Shown: positions 41,723 through 51,490 of the stretch, piece by piece
Layout: every line of letters begins with the position of its first letter
Position numbering within the stretch: the first letter of the stretch is position 1
NCBI GenBank assembly: GCA_047616505.1
Contig: JBLHGI010000002.1
Location: 1 to 59,840, forward strand
Direction: 5' to 3'
Length of the DNA stretch: 59,840 bases
Source: Planctomycetota bacterium
GTDB taxonomy: Bacteria > Latescibacterota > UBA2968 > UBA8231
Program-made: the position numbers and the translations under genes
The notes under the pieces: generated by a model
What the model was told of the DNA's origin: nothing
Databases searched by the model: none
The model's input: only the letters and a program-made list of their open reading frames with translations

Positions 41723-42698
41723 AGCGTATACGCGGATCTGTGATAGCCAATAATATATCGGACAACAGCGTGCCAATTACGGTCAGCACGCTGAGCATCA
41801 ACAGGAAACTACCGGCCAGATACATATCTTGGTTCTTCAGCGATTCCAATAAAAGGGGCCCCGTCGTCGGCAAACTCAACACCACGCTGGTAATGGCCGA
41901 CCCAGAAATAAGCCCCGGCAACATCCAGCCCACCGTGCTGATAAAAGGGTTGATGGCAATGCGCAGCGGATACTTGATGACCAAGCGCGTCGGGCTCAGC
42001 CCCTTGGCCAGCGCCGTCGTCACATAGGGTTTGCCCAACTCGTCGAGCAAATTCGCGCGCATCACCCGCATTAGCCCAGCCATGCCGGCCGTGCCGATTA
42101 CCACAGCGGGTATCCACAGATGGCCCAATAAGTCGAGCAGTTTAGCCCCATCCCAAGCCGCATCCGCATACTCTGGCGAAAACAGCCCACCCACCGCAAT
42201 GCCGAACCACTCGTAGCCCAAATACATGAGCACGAGCGCCAACAGAAAATTGGGCGTCGCCAAACCCAAGAAGGCCGTCAGCGTCGCCGCATAGTCCAGC
42301 ACCGAATACTGCCGCAGCGCCGAATAGACGCCGACGGGAAAGGCCACTAACCAAGTGAGCAGCGTCGCCGTCGTCGTAATCAACAGCGTATAGCCGAGCC
42401 GCTCCCAAATCAGATTATTGACGGACTGCCCCAACATAATGGAATAGCCCATATCGCCCTGTAACAAACCACCGATCCACTTAATATACTGCACTTGCAG
42501 CGGATCGTTGAGATGGTAGCGCGCCCGCAAAGCAATAATCTGCTCCTCCGACACCTCCTGCCCTTCAGCCTGCAGTTGTTGCAAGCGCGAAGTGATAATA
42601 TCGCCCGGTGGCAACTGGATAATGATAAAAATCAACACCGAGATCACCGCGATCGTCGGTATCATTATCAGCACGCGGCGAATGATGTAGTTCAACAT
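41715..42698 (-). CDS. Peptide ABC transporter permease (OppB/DppB-like)
   Basis: MLNYIIRRVLIMIPTIAVISVLIFIIIQLPPGD N-terminus and YVTTALAKGLSPTRLVIKYPLR EAA-loop. Confidence 0.9.
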   Translation of the reverse strand: MLNYIIRRVLIMIPTIAVISVLIFIIIQLPPGDIITSRLQQLQAEGQEVSEEQIIALRARYHLNDPLQVQYIKWIGGLLQGDMGYSIMLGQSVNNLIWERLGYTLLITTTATLLTWLVAFPVGVYSALRQYSVLDYAATLTAFLGLATPNFLLALVLMYLGYEWFGIAVGGLFSPEYADAAWDGAKLLDLLGHLWIPAVVIGTAGMAGLMRVMRANLLDELGKPYVTTALAKGLSPTRLVIKYPLRIAINPFISTVGWMLPGLISGSAITSVVLSLPTTGPLLLESLKNQDMYLAGSFLLMLSVLTVIGTLLSDILLAITDPRIRYE

Positions 42699-42891
42699 AA
42701 AAAGTCACTCCTGTGCAGCTTTGTGGTACTATCGTTGTAGGAGGCATTACTGAAAAGGAATTGCAACTCGGCCCTGCGGGCCTCAGACAGCAATAGCCCT
42801 TTTGAGCAACGCTCTACCATCGTTCATAGCAATAAAATCCACCCCAACTAAAGCCAATTCCACTCTCACACCCCTACCTTCCACGCGACCG

Positions 42892-44931
42892 CTAGTCTTG
42901 TGAGAGATACCACGTCTCTGGATAATAAGGCCAAGACCAACGCGAATCCCATCCCCAATAGCCCTGCCGCGGCACATTCTTCAAATCGTCGCGCACGATT
43001 ACTGGGTGTGGCCCCAACCCAATGATACCGATAGCCCATACGTTTTCCGCCTGAGAACGCAGGATATTTTTCCCCATTCGCACGCGTTCTTCAATATCCT
43101 GCGTGCGCCGCAGCACCTCCCACCAAGCGATGAGCTGCTTGACTTCTGGCGGTGGCTCCCAACCGCGCACGCCGTCGGAGCGATACCAGCGCGACCATTC
43201 GGCCCAGTGGTTTACTTCTTGGCCGATGTGCATGGGCACATACCAGAACGGTTCAATGGGAAAAAGGATATCGGCGTTGCGGTCGGCATGCCATAGACTC
43301 ATATCCATGACGCCGCCACTGGCGCGAATACTTTTTAAACTGCCGCTGATCTGTTTGACGCCGATATGCAGCCCCACTTCGCGCCAGTGCGCCGTGACCA
43401 ACTCCACCGTGATCTCTTTCGGCGTTTCGCCGATCGAGTATTCGAACGTAATATCCAACGGCTGGCCGTCTATACCTTCGCGACGGCCATCGCCATCGCG
43501 ATCGATTAAGCCCATAGCATCGAGCAGCGCACCGGCCTGCTGTGGATCGTACTCGGCCCAAGCGGTGGCAAATTCGGGCTCGAAATAACGGCTGGCCGGC
43601 ACCACGGTCAGTTGGCGCGGCACCCCCTTGCCATAATAGGCGATATCATTTATTTCGTCGCGATTTATAGCCAGCGACAGCGCGCGGCGAAAACGCACAT
43701 CCTGGTAGATTCGGCGCTTGCGCTCGTCGTCGTGCGTCATGTTGATCATTATCGCCACATCTGATCCATAGGGACGAGGCCATAAATAAGTGGAATAGCC
43801 GTTGTCTTTTTCGAAGCGCTTAAAGAGCGGAATATCGGCTGTTGTAAACTGCCGACCCGCAATGACAACCTGTCCCGTAGAGGCTTTTGCCGCCATAATC
43901 TCGGCACTGTCGACACGCTGTACTTCGAGCGCATCGATATAGGGCAGTTGATTTCCTTCGCGATCGACTTTGGGATAAAATGGATTGCGGCGAAAACGGC
44001 TGCGCGTCGAGGTGCGGCTGATGATCACATAGGCCGTCTTTACGGGGCGATCAAAAACCATCAAATCGACCACATTATTGACGGCTTGAAAATAGGTGCG
44101 CCAATCCTGCAAGCCCAGCTCTTCGGCCTCTTTTTTCAACTGCTCGACGGGCGTAAAATCCGGGTGATAACGGCGCATAAAATGCGCGGGCAGCGAGATG
44201 CGCCAACCGCTGTGGGCGAGAAACTTCACAAAGAGCGGCTGCGGCTCGGGAAAATGGTAGCTAAAGTGGTAGGGATCGTGCACTTCCATGCGCGCCCCTT
44301 TAAAACGCCGTTCAACCACTGGCGTCAAGCGCTTGTCCATTAGCACATGGTCAAACCAGAACGCAAAATCGGCAGACGTGATGGCATGACCATCGGACCA
44401 GCGGTGGCCCGGGCGCAGGGCAATGGTCAGCGTGCGACTGCCGTTCGTATACTCGACACCCACCGCAAAATTAGGCAACGTCAAGCTCAGCTGTGGCCCA
44501 ACGCGCAGCGGCCCCTCGGGCACGTTGAGCAACTGCTCACCGGCCGTAAAAAGTGCGGCCGTGCCGCCGTATTGACCGATGCCATCAATTCCTTCCACTA
44601 CGATGGGATCGTCGGGCAGGCGCTCGGCAACGGGCGGCAATTCGCCGGAGGCTACCTGTGCGTCGAGTATCGGCGACTGCTGAAAGGTCTGCAAGCCCAA
44701 TTCGGACGCCTTGCGCGGCGCCTTAAACCAGCTTTCGGGCCAAGCCGAACGCGGTATATCGCCGCCCGTCGATGCCGTCGACTCTTGCCGGACTTGTGGC
44801 GCTACATCACGAGGCACCGCCGCGTCTTCGCCACCACAACCGGAGGCGAACAGGACCGCGAACAGTACAAAAAAGACCTTTATGTGCTGATGATATAGAA
44901 ACGTGCGATGTATAATCTGAGTATTGTCCAT
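42892..44931 (-). CDS. Peptide ABC transporter substrate-binding lipoprotein (SBP family 5)
   Basis: 679 aa with lipobox LFASGCGG. Large family-5 SBP architecture, first gene of the five-gene importer operon. Confidence 0.85.
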   Translation of the reverse strand: MDNTQIIHRTFLYHQHIKVFFVLFAVLFASGCGGEDAAVPRDVAPQVRQESTASTGGDIPRSAWPESWFKAPRKASELGLQTFQQSPILDAQVASGELPPVAERLPDDPIVVEGIDGIGQYGGTAALFTAGEQLLNVPEGPLRVGPQLSLTLPNFAVGVEYTNGSRTLTIALRPGHRWSDGHAITSADFAFWFDHVLMDKRLTPVVERRFKGARMEVHDPYHFSYHFPEPQPLFVKFLAHSGWRISLPAHFMRRYHPDFTPVEQLKKEAEELGLQDWRTYFQAVNNVVDLMVFDRPVKTAYVIISRTSTRSRFRRNPFYPKVDREGNQLPYIDALEVQRVDSAEIMAAKASTGQVVIAGRQFTTADIPLFKRFEKDNGYSTYLWPRPYGSDVAIMINMTHDDERKRRIYQDVRFRRALSLAINRDEINDIAYYGKGVPRQLTVVPASRYFEPEFATAWAEYDPQQAGALLDAMGLIDRDGDGRREGIDGQPLDITFEYSIGETPKEITVELVTAHWREVGLHIGVKQISGSLKSIRASGGVMDMSLWHADRNADILFPIEPFWYVPMHIGQEVNHWAEWSRWYRSDGVRGWEPPPEVKQLIAWWEVLRRTQDIEERVRMGKNILRSQAENVWAIGIIGLGPHPVIVRDDLKNVPRQGYWGWDSRWSWPYYPETWYLSQD

Positions 44932-45082
44932 AAAAGTAGAGGCGCCATAAAACCGCGAGCTATCTCGCCCGCACCTACAGCACCATAGACACCGAGTAAA
45001 AACAATTGCGACAACTCTTTGTGGGCCGTAGTATACGCATTAAATTTTATAAGAGCAATACACACAACGGCTAAACAAAGAT

Positions 45083-45875
45083 ATGGGAAGAGCTATGACA
45101 GACCGACCCAATATCCTCTTTATTTTTACTGACCAGCAGCGCCCCGATTGGCTCGGTAGCCATGCGGATATCCCCGTGCGCACGCCCCACCTCGATTGCC
45201 CTCGCGGCACGCGGCGTGCATCTGACCAATGCCGTATGTCCATCTCCCGTCTACGCCCCGACCCGCGCCTGCATCACCGCGGGCAACGAATACGATCGCT
45301 GCGGCGTACTCGGCAACAACACACTCTATCCCAGCACGCAGCCCCCCTACCAGCGCCGCCTGCGCGACGAGGCGGGTTATCACGTGATGGGCTGCGGCAA
45401 GTTTCACACCGGGCGTTCCGGCAGCGACGGCTATTTTGACTGGGGTTTAAAAGGCGATGAACGCTGCGAAGAATGGGGATTTTCCAGCGCCCGCTTCAAC
45501 GCCGGAAAAAACCAGGCCGTGCTCTTGGCGCGCAGCGCCGGCCAGCCGCGCGACCGCTATATGGCCTATCTGCAACAAGAGGGGTTGATGCAGATTCATA
45601 TAGACGACTACGCGCGCCGCTTGGCCTATGACGGTCGTTACAAATACATCGTCGGCTACGACCCACAAAAACGCCACGGCGACCAATTCGAAAAAATGGC
45701 GGTCTCTGCACAGGAGACGCTGCGCCTACAGGCAGAGCGCCCGGCGATTCTCTTTGATACACAGCGCGATGAGTGCACCAATATAATAGACGACGAAACG
45801 GATATAACCGCATACTTGCGCGCAAACTTGGAGGCCGACATACTGTCACAAATACAGCACAGAACGCAAAAATAA
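45083..45875 (+). pseudogene. Degraded sulfatase gene (frameshift, missing central region, catalytic Cys replaced)
   Basis: Frame A: MTDRPNILFIFTDQQRPDWLG..VRTPHLD. Frame B continues with IALAARGVHLTNAVCPSPVYAPTRACITAG..GYHVMGCGKFHTG...ILFDTQRDECTNII. The frame switch lies at about 45194-45198. The C-x-P-x-R formylglycine motif reads Y-A-P-T-R. The combined length is about 265 aa, against roughly 450-500 aa typical for the family (figure from memory). Confidence 0.7.
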
Positions 45876-46124
45876 GACGGATTCCATGCGCATGCCACTG
45901 CGCACCCAGCCGGCATTCGACAGCACGTGTTCGACCCCATCCGGACTGACGACGGGGATGATATAGAAGGTATTCTCGTCTACTATATCAGTGATCTCGT
46001 CATCTGTTCCATAGCCGGAGAGCAGGGTCCTAGCGAAATAGAGCGCCGCAGTCGAAGCCGTCACCTCGCTGCCGTGTATATTGCCGTCGACATAAAAACC
46101 CGGTTTTCCCGCCGCCGGCCCCAC
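45846..46124 (-). pseudogene. Remnant of an M14 zinc-carboxypeptidase gene
   Basis: GKPGFYVDGNIHGSEVTASTAALYFARTLL...TFYIIPVVSPDGVEH matches the HxxE zinc-ligand region and the NPDG-like block of M14 peptidases. There is no N-terminal part, and the reading frame degenerates after about 75 aa. Confidence 0.5.
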
Positions 46125-46202
46125 CGCCTAAACACACAGAAAGGCCGCAGGCATTCACCCCGCGACCTCTCTATTTTTTGCGCCGTATTAAAGGATTCTC
46201 CG

Positions 46203-46826
46203 CTACCCCTTAAAACCCGCTTCTTTATGCGCGCCATCGCAGAACGGTTTGTTCTTAGAGGCTCCGCAGCGACACAGCGTGTAGTGGTTTTGCGAGACGA
46301 CTTCAACGCCGTTGAGCACGATGCCGCCGCGCACGTGTAGCGGCCCATCTTTCTCTATAAAGACTTCGGCCTCACTAAAAAAATCGTCCTGTAGCTCGCC
46401 CTTCAATTTATAGGCCAGCGAACCAGAGGGGCATTTGCGAATGATCTCAATAATTTTCTCTCTCGCCTCTCCAGAAGGCACGCTCATGCGCTCGTCGCCG
46501 TCCCATTCAAAAAAGGCACCCGGTGCACCGTGAACGCATTCCCCCGCATGGCAACAGACGCCGATATTATCGACGATCGTCAAATCACCATCGACAAATT
46601 CCCTAGCCGGATAGGTTTCCTCGCGCTCTTTGTCACCGCTAAAACCAATATCTGCATGGGCGCCATCGCAGAATGGTTTGTTCTTAGAAGCTCCGCAGCG
46701 ACACAGCGCGATCACCTCCTTGGCCATCGCGACGGGTTGATCCTGCGCGTCGGTCAAACGCTGGAGATTCTTGACGATAAAAGGACCTTTGTCGGAAATA
46801 TCGATACTCGGTTTTACTTCGCTCAT
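46203..46826 (-). CDS. Double CDGSH iron-sulfur domain protein with a central ferredoxin-like Cys-rich domain
   Basis: Two copies of CRCGASKNKPFCDGAH flank CCHAGECVHGAP...CPSGSL. The ATG at 46826 has GGAGGT 7 nt upstream, so it is preferred over 46892. Confidence 0.85.
   Translation of the reverse strand: MSEVKPSIDISDKGPFIVKNLQRLTDAQDQPVAMAKEVIALCRCGASKNKPFCDGAHADIGFSGDKEREETYPAREFVDGDLTIVDNIGVCCHAGECVHGAPGAFFEWDGDERMSVPSGEAREKIIEIIRKCPSGSLAYKLKGELQDDFFSEAEVFIEKDGPLHVRGGIVLNGVEVVSQNHYTLCRCGASKNKPFCDGAHKEAGFKG
46231..46279. repeat. Intragenic direct repeat copy 1 (49 bp)
   Basis: gcgccatcgcagaacggtttgttcttagaggctccgcagcgacacagcg. 47 of 49 positions are identical to 46660-46708. Confidence 0.9.
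46660..46708. repeat. Intragenic direct repeat copy 2 (49 bp)
   Basis: gcgccatcgcagaatggtttgttcttagaagctccgcagcgacacagcg. Encodes the second CDGSH motif. Confidence 0.9.
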
Positions 46827-47308
46827 TAACATTACCTCCGTAGGGGTGCACGACAATACAGGCGAATATACACAAAGCAACGGCTCTTTCAAGAAACTAA
46901 CAACGGCTGTATTTATTAAGGCGATAAAGCGCTATTTATAACAGTGCGACACGGCGCTTGAAAAAATTGCGCCAAACTCAGCCCCCTCTCTTTATAAGAT
47001 ATACGTAAAAAATAGCCCGCGACAGATGAATACGGCTCATCGGAGAGATATCGCATGGCCCTGCAAGAGGGACTGTCAGCACTCAAAGACGCGCAAATGG
47101 GCTGCCGCGAAGGACAGCCGTCCAGCGCCGATTTTCACCCGTGGATCGTCGAAGCCTGGCGCAGCGGTCAGCGGCGCGCCGCCGCTGTTATAGTAGCATC
47201 GGTTTGGCCGTTATGATGGCGCTCGACGTAGCACCGGCTTGATAGGCGCTACGCGCCGAACTATTTTTTGCCGCACAACACGCGACCAATATACCCCGTG
47301 GAGAAACG

Positions 47309-48655
47309 ATGTACACTTATTCGAAGCAGATTCCAATCGTCGCACGCCCCGACGTACTCGTCTGCGGTGCGGGTTTGGCCGGTTTGGGCGCCGCCGTCGC
47401 CGCCGCGCGCAGCGGTGCCAAAACCATGGTCGTCGAGCGCATGGGCTTTGCCGGTGGGTTCTTTACCGCGATTATCGGCTCGGCCTTTGATGGTTTTGTC
47501 GACGAGCGCAGCGGCACCCCCGTCGTCGGCGGCATCGTATTTGAAATGCTCGAACGCATGGGCGTCGTCGAAAAAGGTCAGGCGCCCCATATTCGCTACA
47601 ACGTCAACGGCGATATCAACTTCGTCGCCATGCACCCCGAGCGCGCCATCCCGCGCTGCGACCCCGAACGCTTCAAGCGTGCCGCCGACCAGATATTGGA
47701 GGACGCCGGCGTCGAAGTGCTCTTTCACACTCAGGTCGCCGACGTAATTGCCCACAGCGGCCGCATTGAAAAAGTCATCGTCAGCAACAAGGCCGGTCTC
47801 GTGGCCATCGAACCTAAAGTCGTCGTCGATGGCACCGGCGATGGCGATGTGGCGGCCTGGGCCGGTGCCCCGTTCGAAAAAGCCGACCCCCTACAGCCGA
47901 TGAGTTTGCATTTTCGCATCGCCGATATCGAGCTGAGTTTCGACCTCGCTCGACGCTGCGCCCGCGTATTGGAAGAAGCGCACGCACGGGGCGAACTAGG
48001 GCTCTATGCAGGCCCCTACCCAGCTACTTTTTCCGGCCGCGACATCTACTTCAATGCCACGCGTTTTCCCGGCGACTGCACCGATCCCGACGATTGGACA
48101 CGCGCCGAGATCAAAGGACGCAAAGACGCCTGGAAAATGTTCGAATTATGGCGGGAACACATCGAAGAATTTCAGCAGGCTTATTTTATGACCAGCGGTC
48201 CAACGGCCGGCGCGCGCGAGTCTCGCCGCATCGTCGGCGACTACGTGCTCAACGGCGAGGACGTGCGCCAGGGACGACAGCACGACGATTGCATTGTGCT
48301 GGGTGCTTGGCGCCTAGATCGCCACCCACCCGACGCGGCCGGCTATCACGATACTCCGTGGACGCCGCCCTATGATATTCCCTACCGCACGCTCCTACCT
48401 CAGGGAATCGACAACCTGCTAGTGGCCGGACGCTGCCATTCTGCCACCTCGGAGGCACTGGCCTCTAGCCGCGTTACCGCCACGGCCATGGGCATGGGTC
48501 AAGCAGCCGGCACGGCCGCCGCGATAGCGTGTAACACGGGGAAGAATATGCGAGAGCTCGATATAGATATACTGCGGGATAAACTCCTACAAGCCGGCGC
48601 CATTCTCAAAGCGCCACCGGCCGAAGAAGTCGATGTCGGCGATCCCAATTGGTAG
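47309..48655 (+). CDS. FAD-dependent oxidoreductase (FAD_oxidored / GidA-like fold family)
   Basis: DVLVCGAGLAGLGAAVAAARSGAKTMVVER dinucleotide fold and NLLVAGRCHSATSEALASSRVTATAMGMGQAAG C-terminal FAD motif. RBS GGAGAA lies 4 nt upstream. Confidence 0.85.
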   Translation: MYTYSKQIPIVARPDVLVCGAGLAGLGAAVAAARSGAKTMVVERMGFAGGFFTAIIGSAFDGFVDERSGTPVVGGIVFEMLERMGVVEKGQAPHIRYNVNGDINFVAMHPERAIPRCDPERFKRAADQILEDAGVEVLFHTQVADVIAHSGRIEKVIVSNKAGLVAIEPKVVVDGTGDGDVAAWAGAPFEKADPLQPMSLHFRIADIELSFDLARRCARVLEEAHARGELGLYAGPYPATFSGRDIYFNATRFPGDCTDPDDWTRAEIKGRKDAWKMFELWREHIEEFQQAYFMTSGPTAGARESRRIVGDYVLNGEDVRQGRQHDDCIVLGAWRLDRHPPDAAGYHDTPWTPPYDIPYRTLLPQGIDNLLVAGRCHSATSEALASSRVTATAMGMGQAAGTAAAIACNTGKNMRELDIDILRDKLLQAGAILKAPPAEEVDVGDPNW

Positions 48656-48718
48656 CAGAATAGACCGTATTAGCATACGCTTTGCCAAGCGCGCTGCGCA
48701 CATAAAATAAACCACACA

Positions 48719-49876
48719 CTATTTCGTCGACGACACAATGCCGGCCATTACGCCACCGACCTTCCCGTTCCACCACTCGCGGCGCGGCCGTTCGCGCAAT
48801 AAATCAAAACGCTCACCGATATAGGGCGTAATAACTTCAATGGAGTGACGCCGCGCCGCCTTTAAAAGACGCTGAGGTGGTTCGTCCCACGCGTGCAGCG
48901 CCAGATCGAACGCCCCCCAGTGAATCGGCATTAAGACCTTGCCGCGCAGGTCCAAATGCGCTTGAGCCGTTTCCTCGGGCATCATGTGAATACTAGCCCA
49001 CTCCTCGTCGTACTGTCCGCACTCCATCAGCGTCAGGTCAAATGGACCGAAGCGATCTCCGATCTCTTTAAAACCGGCGAAGTAACCGGAGTCACCGCTA
49101 AAAAAAATGCGCACACCTTCGGCCTCGATCACCCACGAGGCCCACAGGGTGCTGTTGCCATCGTCTAAGCTTCGCCCTGAAAAATGCTGCGCCGGCGTCG
49201 CCGTCATCTCCACCCCGGCGCGCGTGGCAGACTGCCACCAGTCGAGTTCCACTATTTTTTCTTCTTCAACACCCCAGCGAAGCAAATGTGACCCCAATCC
49301 CAGCGGCACCAAGAATTGGCCCACTTTCTCTTTTAACGCAACGATGGATTCGTAGTCGAGGTGATCGTAATGGTCGTGAGAAATCACTACGATATCGATG
49401 AAGGGAATCTCTTGCAAAGAAAGCGGTAACTCGTAGTCGAAGCGACGGTTGATAAACGATACGGGGGAAGCCACCGGCCCCAGCATCGGATCGAGCAGAA
49501 TGGTAGCCCCTTCTATCTCCAGCATAAAAGCAGAATGACCAAACCACGACAACATCGCCTGCCCCGCTTCTACTTTTAGCTCAGATGGCCTAATCCTGCG
49601 CGCGGGAATCGGCCCTTGCGGCGAGCGCGAAGCCGATCCGACGAACCAATCGTACATAACGTCCATCGTTTTGACCAACCCCATGTCCATCGCAATATCG
49701 GCGCGGTTGCGAAAAGATCCCTCGCTAAACTGAGCGGACTGCGCCAACGCAGTTAACCGGTCTCCCTGCGGAGGACTCCCCAATTGCGGAGCCGTCTGGA
49801 CAAATAGCCAGATGGCTGCTACTAGCATCAAAAACATACCCGCAGGTATGCCCAAGCCTATGAGCCATTTTTTCAT
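48719..49876 (-). CDS. Membrane-anchored MBL-fold metallo-hydrolase (NAPE-PLD-like beta-lactamase-fold family)
   Basis: N-terminal TM helix and the MBL motif VVISHDHYDHLD. Further His/Asp ligands downstream (FFSGDSGY, HWGAF). Confidence 0.8.
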   Translation of the reverse strand: MKKWLIGLGIPAGMFLMLVAAIWLFVQTAPQLGSPPQGDRLTALAQSAQFSEGSFRNRADIAMDMGLVKTMDVMYDWFVGSASRSPQGPIPARRIRPSELKVEAGQAMLSWFGHSAFMLEIEGATILLDPMLGPVASPVSFINRRFDYELPLSLQEIPFIDIVVISHDHYDHLDYESIVALKEKVGQFLVPLGLGSHLLRWGVEEEKIVELDWWQSATRAGVEMTATPAQHFSGRSLDDGNSTLWASWVIEAEGVRIFFSGDSGYFAGFKEIGDRFGPFDLTLMECGQYDEEWASIHMMPEETAQAHLDLRGKVLMPIHWGAFDLALHAWDEPPQRLLKAARRHSIEVITPYIGERFDLLRERPRREWWNGKVGGVMAGIVSSTK

Positions 49877-50079
49877 GAAAGGTACCCGCCTTCGATAGGC
49901 CGCTCTATAGCGTCACCCTTCAACAGTTTTTTCTCCATGCTTTTGTTCTCCTCATGAGAGCTAATTTCCACTATCCACCAGTTCCCGCAAGCATCTCTTG
50001 AGGCAGGGCTTGTTTCTGCGTATGCTCACTGAACTCAATAATGCCTTTATCGCCCCCTATGAGAGAAAGAGTTCTTTAT

Positions 50080-50841
50080 ATGAGACCGAGCAAAACGCTA
50101 GAAAAAATCCGCACGGGCCGCTGTGCTCGTTTTGCCGCCTTAGGTCACTACCTGCCCTTCTATATACGCTATGCCGCCCACTTCGGTTTCGACGCCATCT
50201 GGCTCGACCTCGAACACCGCGCCATGGACCAACGCGAAGTGCAAAGCATACTTTCGATGTGCCATCAGCACAATATAGACTGCATGGTGCGCGCCCCAAC
50301 GCAAGAACGCACACGCCTCTATCGCTATTTCGAAGACGGGGCCTGCGGTTTGCTCATGCCGCTAGTAGCCGATGCAGCCGAGGCGCATCACATTGCCCAA
50401 GCCGTCAAATTTCCCCCCATCGGCAACCGCGGCATCGACGGCGCCGGTCTCGACGCCGACTTCGCGTTAGCCGCTGATAATTTCACCGACCAAGCAAATA
50501 GAGAAACCTTTGTTATCGTGCAGATAGAGACACTAGAGGCCCTGAAAAATGCCGATGAGATTGCCGCTGTAGAGGGAATAGATGGGCTCTTTGTCGGACC
50601 GGGAGATCTCGGACTGCGCTTAGGACTAGCGGCTGATGCTCCAAGCTTAGAGGAAGCAACGGCACAGGTCGCCGCCGCCGCCGCCCGCCACGACAAGTGC
50701 TGGGGCATTGCCGGCGGTGGGCCTGAGGAATGGAAACGCTGGCGACAGATGGGGGCGCAATTGCTCATTGGCTCTGGCGACTTTGCGCTGACCAAAGTAC
50801 TAGAAGAGGCCGAGAAGACTATGAATGCGGCGTTGGAGTAA
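50080..50841 (+). CDS. HpcH/HpaI-family aldolase (2-keto-3-deoxy-sugar-acid aldolase-like)
   Basis: GFDAIWLDLEHRAMD, MVRAP, QIETLEAL and DGLFVGPGDL motifs typical of HpcH/HpaI aldolases. The ATG at 50080 is preferred over 50041. Confidence 0.85.
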   Translation: MRPSKTLEKIRTGRCARFAALGHYLPFYIRYAAHFGFDAIWLDLEHRAMDQREVQSILSMCHQHNIDCMVRAPTQERTRLYRYFEDGACGLLMPLVADAAEAHHIAQAVKFPPIGNRGIDGAGLDADFALAADNFTDQANRETFVIVQIETLEALKNADEIAAVEGIDGLFVGPGDLGLRLGLAADAPSLEEATAQVAAAAARHDKCWGIAGGGPEEWKRWRQMGAQLLIGSGDFALTKVLEEAEKTMNAALE

Positions 50842-50983
50842 CCGCTCTACTGCTCCCAGGAACTGCGCATAAAAGGTCAGGCGCGAGTGGCGCGCCGCGA
50901 AGAAGACCAAGAAACGGGGGAAGTTGGAATGGGCTTTAGCTTCGTCGAAGCAGTGGACGCAGATAACTAACAGAGCAGGCGCG

Positions 50984-51490
50984 CTACTTTTCCCATTCCG
51001 CTATAGCCTGCTCTCGCAGTATCTGCATCTGCTGCGAACCGATCTCGTCGAAGCGATATATTTCACCGCCGTGCTCACGGGCAAAAACCTCGGCCTTTTT
51101 GCGTGCGGAAAACGGGGCCAAAGTCGGCCCCATGGCCCCCATCTTGGCACTGCCGACGACAAAGAACAGCACCTCTGCCCTAACCCAACCGTCGGCGTGG
51201 GCTTCCCACCTCGCATCGTCGAGTGCCTGGAACCATATACCCGCGACTTGGCGCCGCCGCACGGGATCGAGTAATTCACCAAAAATCTCTTTGCTGTCGC
51301 AGAAAAAGGCGCGCTCACCATTCTTGCGCAGCAGCTGCGCCTTGGGCCCTTCGTGATAGGCCAACAACATGCCGTCGAGCGCACAGGCCTCTGCCGCAGC
51401 GATGGGGGCCGATTCGATCTGCTGCACCTCCTTTGCTCCGCAGGCCATCAAGAGCACACAGGTTAGCAGCGACCATCTCCCACGCTTCAT
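50984..51490 (-). CDS. nosL: NosL copper-chaperone lipoprotein
   Basis: 168 aa with lipobox LLMACG. Last gene of the nos operon, with an ATGA overlap with nosY. The size and motifs (CALDGMLL.., FFCDSKE) fit the NosL family. Confidence 0.75.
   Translation of the reverse strand: MKRGRWSLLTCVLLMACGAKEVQQIESAPIAAAEACALDGMLLAYHEGPKAQLLRKNGERAFFCDSKEIFGELLDPVRRRQVAGIWFQALDDARWEAHADGWVRAEVLFFVVGSAKMGAMGPTLAPFSARKKAEVFAREHGGEIYRFDEIGSQQMQILREQAIAEWEK

Noticed and set aside
45162-45875. 237-aa ORF taken at face value as an intact gene
   Set aside because: Its true N-terminal sulfatase motif (NILFIFTDQQR) lies in a different frame upstream (45083 onward). The product lacks the catalytic Cys and the central domain, so it is treated as part of a pseudogene.
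47261-47755. Two ~160-aa ORFs (47261-47755 minus strand, 47268-47747 plus strand) overlapping the 5' end of the FAD-oxidoreductase gene
   Set aside because: These are shadow ORFs in a GC-rich region. The 47309 frame carries the GAGLAGLGAA dinucleotide-binding motif and continues for 448 aa.
50842-50983. Short GC hairpin ggcgcg-N5-cgcgcc (about 50881-50897) between the aldolase and nosL as a terminator
   Set aside because: The stem is only 6 bp with no flanking T-run on either strand, which is too weak to call.
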